Origin: Minisyncoccota bacterium
GTDB taxonomy: Bacteria; Patescibacteriota; Minisyncoccia; Phycocordibacterales; UBA9973
Assembly: GCA_041667145.1 (NCBI GenBank)
Contig: JBAYFP010000005.1
Location: 1-44,485, forward strand
Length of the DNA: 44,485 nt
Direction of reading: 5' to 3'
The notes under the pieces are model-generated. The model was not told where the DNA came from. It did no database searches and saw nothing but the letters and a program-made list of their open reading frames with translations. Of this stretch, positions 43,108-44,485 are shown one piece after another. The translations under genes were made by a program, and so were the position numbers. The first letter of the stretch is position 1. Each line of letters begins with the position of its first letter.

Positions 43108-43323
43108 ATGTTCAAAAACTTTTTAGTTAAAAAAATGCTTCAAAAACAAGGAATACCTGAAGCTCAAATAGATATGTTTATAAAAATGATGGAGAAAAAT
43201 CCAGAACTTTTTCAAACTATCGCCAAAGAAGTAGAAGAAAAAGTAAAAAGCGGCATGGATCAAATAGAGGCGGGTATGGTAGTGATGAAAAAACACGAAG
43301 AAGAACTCAAAAAACTCGTTTAA
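43108..43323 (+). CDS. small helical hypothetical protein
   Basis: 71-aa charged ORF, 14 nt after the LTD gene. Confidence 0.45.
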   Translation: MFKNFLVKKMLQKQGIPEAQIDMFIKMMEKNPELFQTIAKEVEEKVKSGMDQIEAGMVVMKKHEEELKKLV

Positions 43324-43397
43324 AAACATAGATTTTATTCAATTTTTTATATTTTTGTAAAATAAGTGATTCTCCACAAAATATCGCTTATTTTTCA

Positions 43398-43426
43398 TTG
43401 CTTGCATTACATTTTTAACCTATAAT
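43398..43426 (+). promoter_or_regulatory. candidate promoter of the terminal surface-protein gene
   Basis: TTGCTT-N17-TATAAT. Confidence 0.45.
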
Positions 43427-43462
43427 ATATAAGTGGTGGGTAGTGTACCTACTCGTCATAAA

Positions 43463-44485
43463 ATGAATTTATTCATAAGAAAATCTTGTTCCCGAAAAAA
43501 CATCAAATTTTTAACGTTGATGGTTTTATTCTTTTCTATTTTCTCTTTTAGTACAGTTTTTTCTGCTACGGGTGTGCCTTCTCTCCTACACCACCAAGGA
43601 AGACTATTAGACTCATCTGGAAATCTTTTAGGAGGATCCTCTGGCACAAATTATTGCTTCAAATTTTCTTTTTATGATAATGGAGCGGTAGGAGCTGGAA
43701 CTAAATTATGGCCTTCAAGTTCTCCTTCTACAATGACAGTCAATGTCAAGAACGGAATTTTAAATACTGACATCGGAGACACGACGATAGGTGGGGACAC
43801 TCTCAATTTTGATTTCAGTAGCACTGATGAAGTTTATCTAAACGTCGAAGTTGCAAATTCTTCTGGCGGATCTTGTGCCGGCGTTTCTTCTTTTGAAAAT
43901 CTTAATCCTCGTCAAAGAATAGCTTCAGTTGGCTACGCTATCAATTCTAAAACTGTAGGTGGATTTACTCCTTCTCAAACTCCAGTTGCTAGTCAAATTC
44001 CTGTATTAGATTCTTTAGGAGCATTAAATATCACAGGAACAATGTCTTCTGGTGGGCTTGCTTTAACACTCGGTTCTGATGCTACTGGTGATATTTTTTA
44101 TAGAAACAGTAGCGGTAATTTTTCTCGACTTGGTATCGGAGTTGATGGCAAGGCACTTATCGTCTCTGGCGGCCTTCCTTCGTGGCAATCTTTACCTGGA
44201 GGTGGTGATGCATTAGTAGGAAGCCCCTTATCTCAATTTGCTGCAACTACTTCTCTTCAACTTGCAGGAGTTATCTCAGATGAAACAGGAACAGGTGCTT
44301 TAGTATTTTCTGATTCACCAGTATTTACAACTCCAAATATTGGAAATGCTACCGGCAGTGTGACCGGTTCCGCAGGAAGTGTCACTGGACTTTCTGTCAC
44401 TTCAGGAAAAAGTTTGACCGTCAACAATATTTTAACTTTGAGTGGAACTGATAACTCAACATTAAACATTGGTACCGGTGGAACA
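43463..44485 (+). CDS. large secreted surface protein, 5' part (runs off the window end)
   Basis: Not in the ORF track because it is open-ended. The ATG at 43463 opens 341 stop-free codons. Signal peptide (...FSFSTVFSA), then [22 protein letters not shown]...FKFSFYDN...LW and Gly/Ser/Thr-rich repeats, typical of giant fibre-like surface proteins. Confidence 0.7.
   Translation, partial: MNLFIRKSCSRKNIKFLTLMVLFFSIFSFSTVFSATGVPSLLHHQGRLLDSSGNLLGGSSGTNYCFKFSFYDNGAVGAGTKLWPSSSPSTMTVNVKNGILNTDIGDTTIGGDTLNFDFSSTDEVYLNVEVANSSGGSCAGVSSFENLNPRQRIASVGYAINSKTVGGFTPSQTPVASQIPVLDSLGALNITGTMSSGGLALTLGSDATGDIFYRNSSGNFSRLGIGVDGKALIVSGGLPSWQSLPGGGDALVGSPLSQFAATTSLQLAGVISDETGTGALVFSDSPVFTTPNIGNATGSVTGSAGSVTGLSVTSGKSLTVNNILTLSGTDNSTLNIGTGGT

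Overview
Gene-dense, low-GC (about one third G+C by eye) bacterial window using the standard code: TAA and TGA both act as stops, and there are ATGA start/stop overlaps. The 16S 5' sequence, small genes, many membrane-anchored or giant surface proteins and patchy metabolism suggest a Candidate Phyla Radiation / Patescibacteria (Parcubacteria-like) chromosome. This placement is inferred, not searched.

Contents, in order:
- 5' end of a 16S rRNA gene (minus strand)
- Housekeeping genes: secG, RNase J, HtrA, pyrG, ftsEX, prfB
- An oxidative pentose-phosphate operon (pgl-gnd-zwf), split transketolase and a PfkB kinase
- A P1B-type metal ATPase, a CYTH protein and Bcp
- Two extracytoplasmic thiol-redox modules: DsbB+Trx-like and CcdA+Trx-like
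- Three tRNAs: Gln-CTG, Thr-CGT and Thr-GGT
- Several large secreted proteins

Most notable observations:
1. A plus-strand cobalamin-riboswitch-like leader sits in front of two secreted or anchored proteins. Together they carry the two domain types of eukaryotic transcobalamin (DUF4430 beta domain and an alpha/alpha toroid).
2. A self-contained small gene (49 codons) has strongly foreign, C-ending codon usage. It has its own promoter and terminator and is flanked by perfect DnaA-box 9-mers and a 21-bp-arm GC-rich palindrome.
3. The core of that palindrome recurs in frame inside the RNase J gene. Similar GC-rich palindromic patches are embedded in frame in pyrG and in the B12-module gene.
4. 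A family of CCCYGTAGT...ACTACRGGG palindromic elements occurs at six or more sites, plus a duplicated 78-bp promoter cassette.
5. There are signs of leaderless expression: a CDS starts 1 nt after a tRNA, and extended -10 boxes lie 6 nt from ATGs.
6. Three decayed or interrupted genes are present: a kinase-like gene with an in-frame TAA, a small ORF frameshifted at an A-run, and a relic copy of the tkt 5' end.

I recognised no CRISPR array, transposase, integrase or known defence system. All functional calls rest on motif recognition by eye and need HMM or BLAST confirmation.
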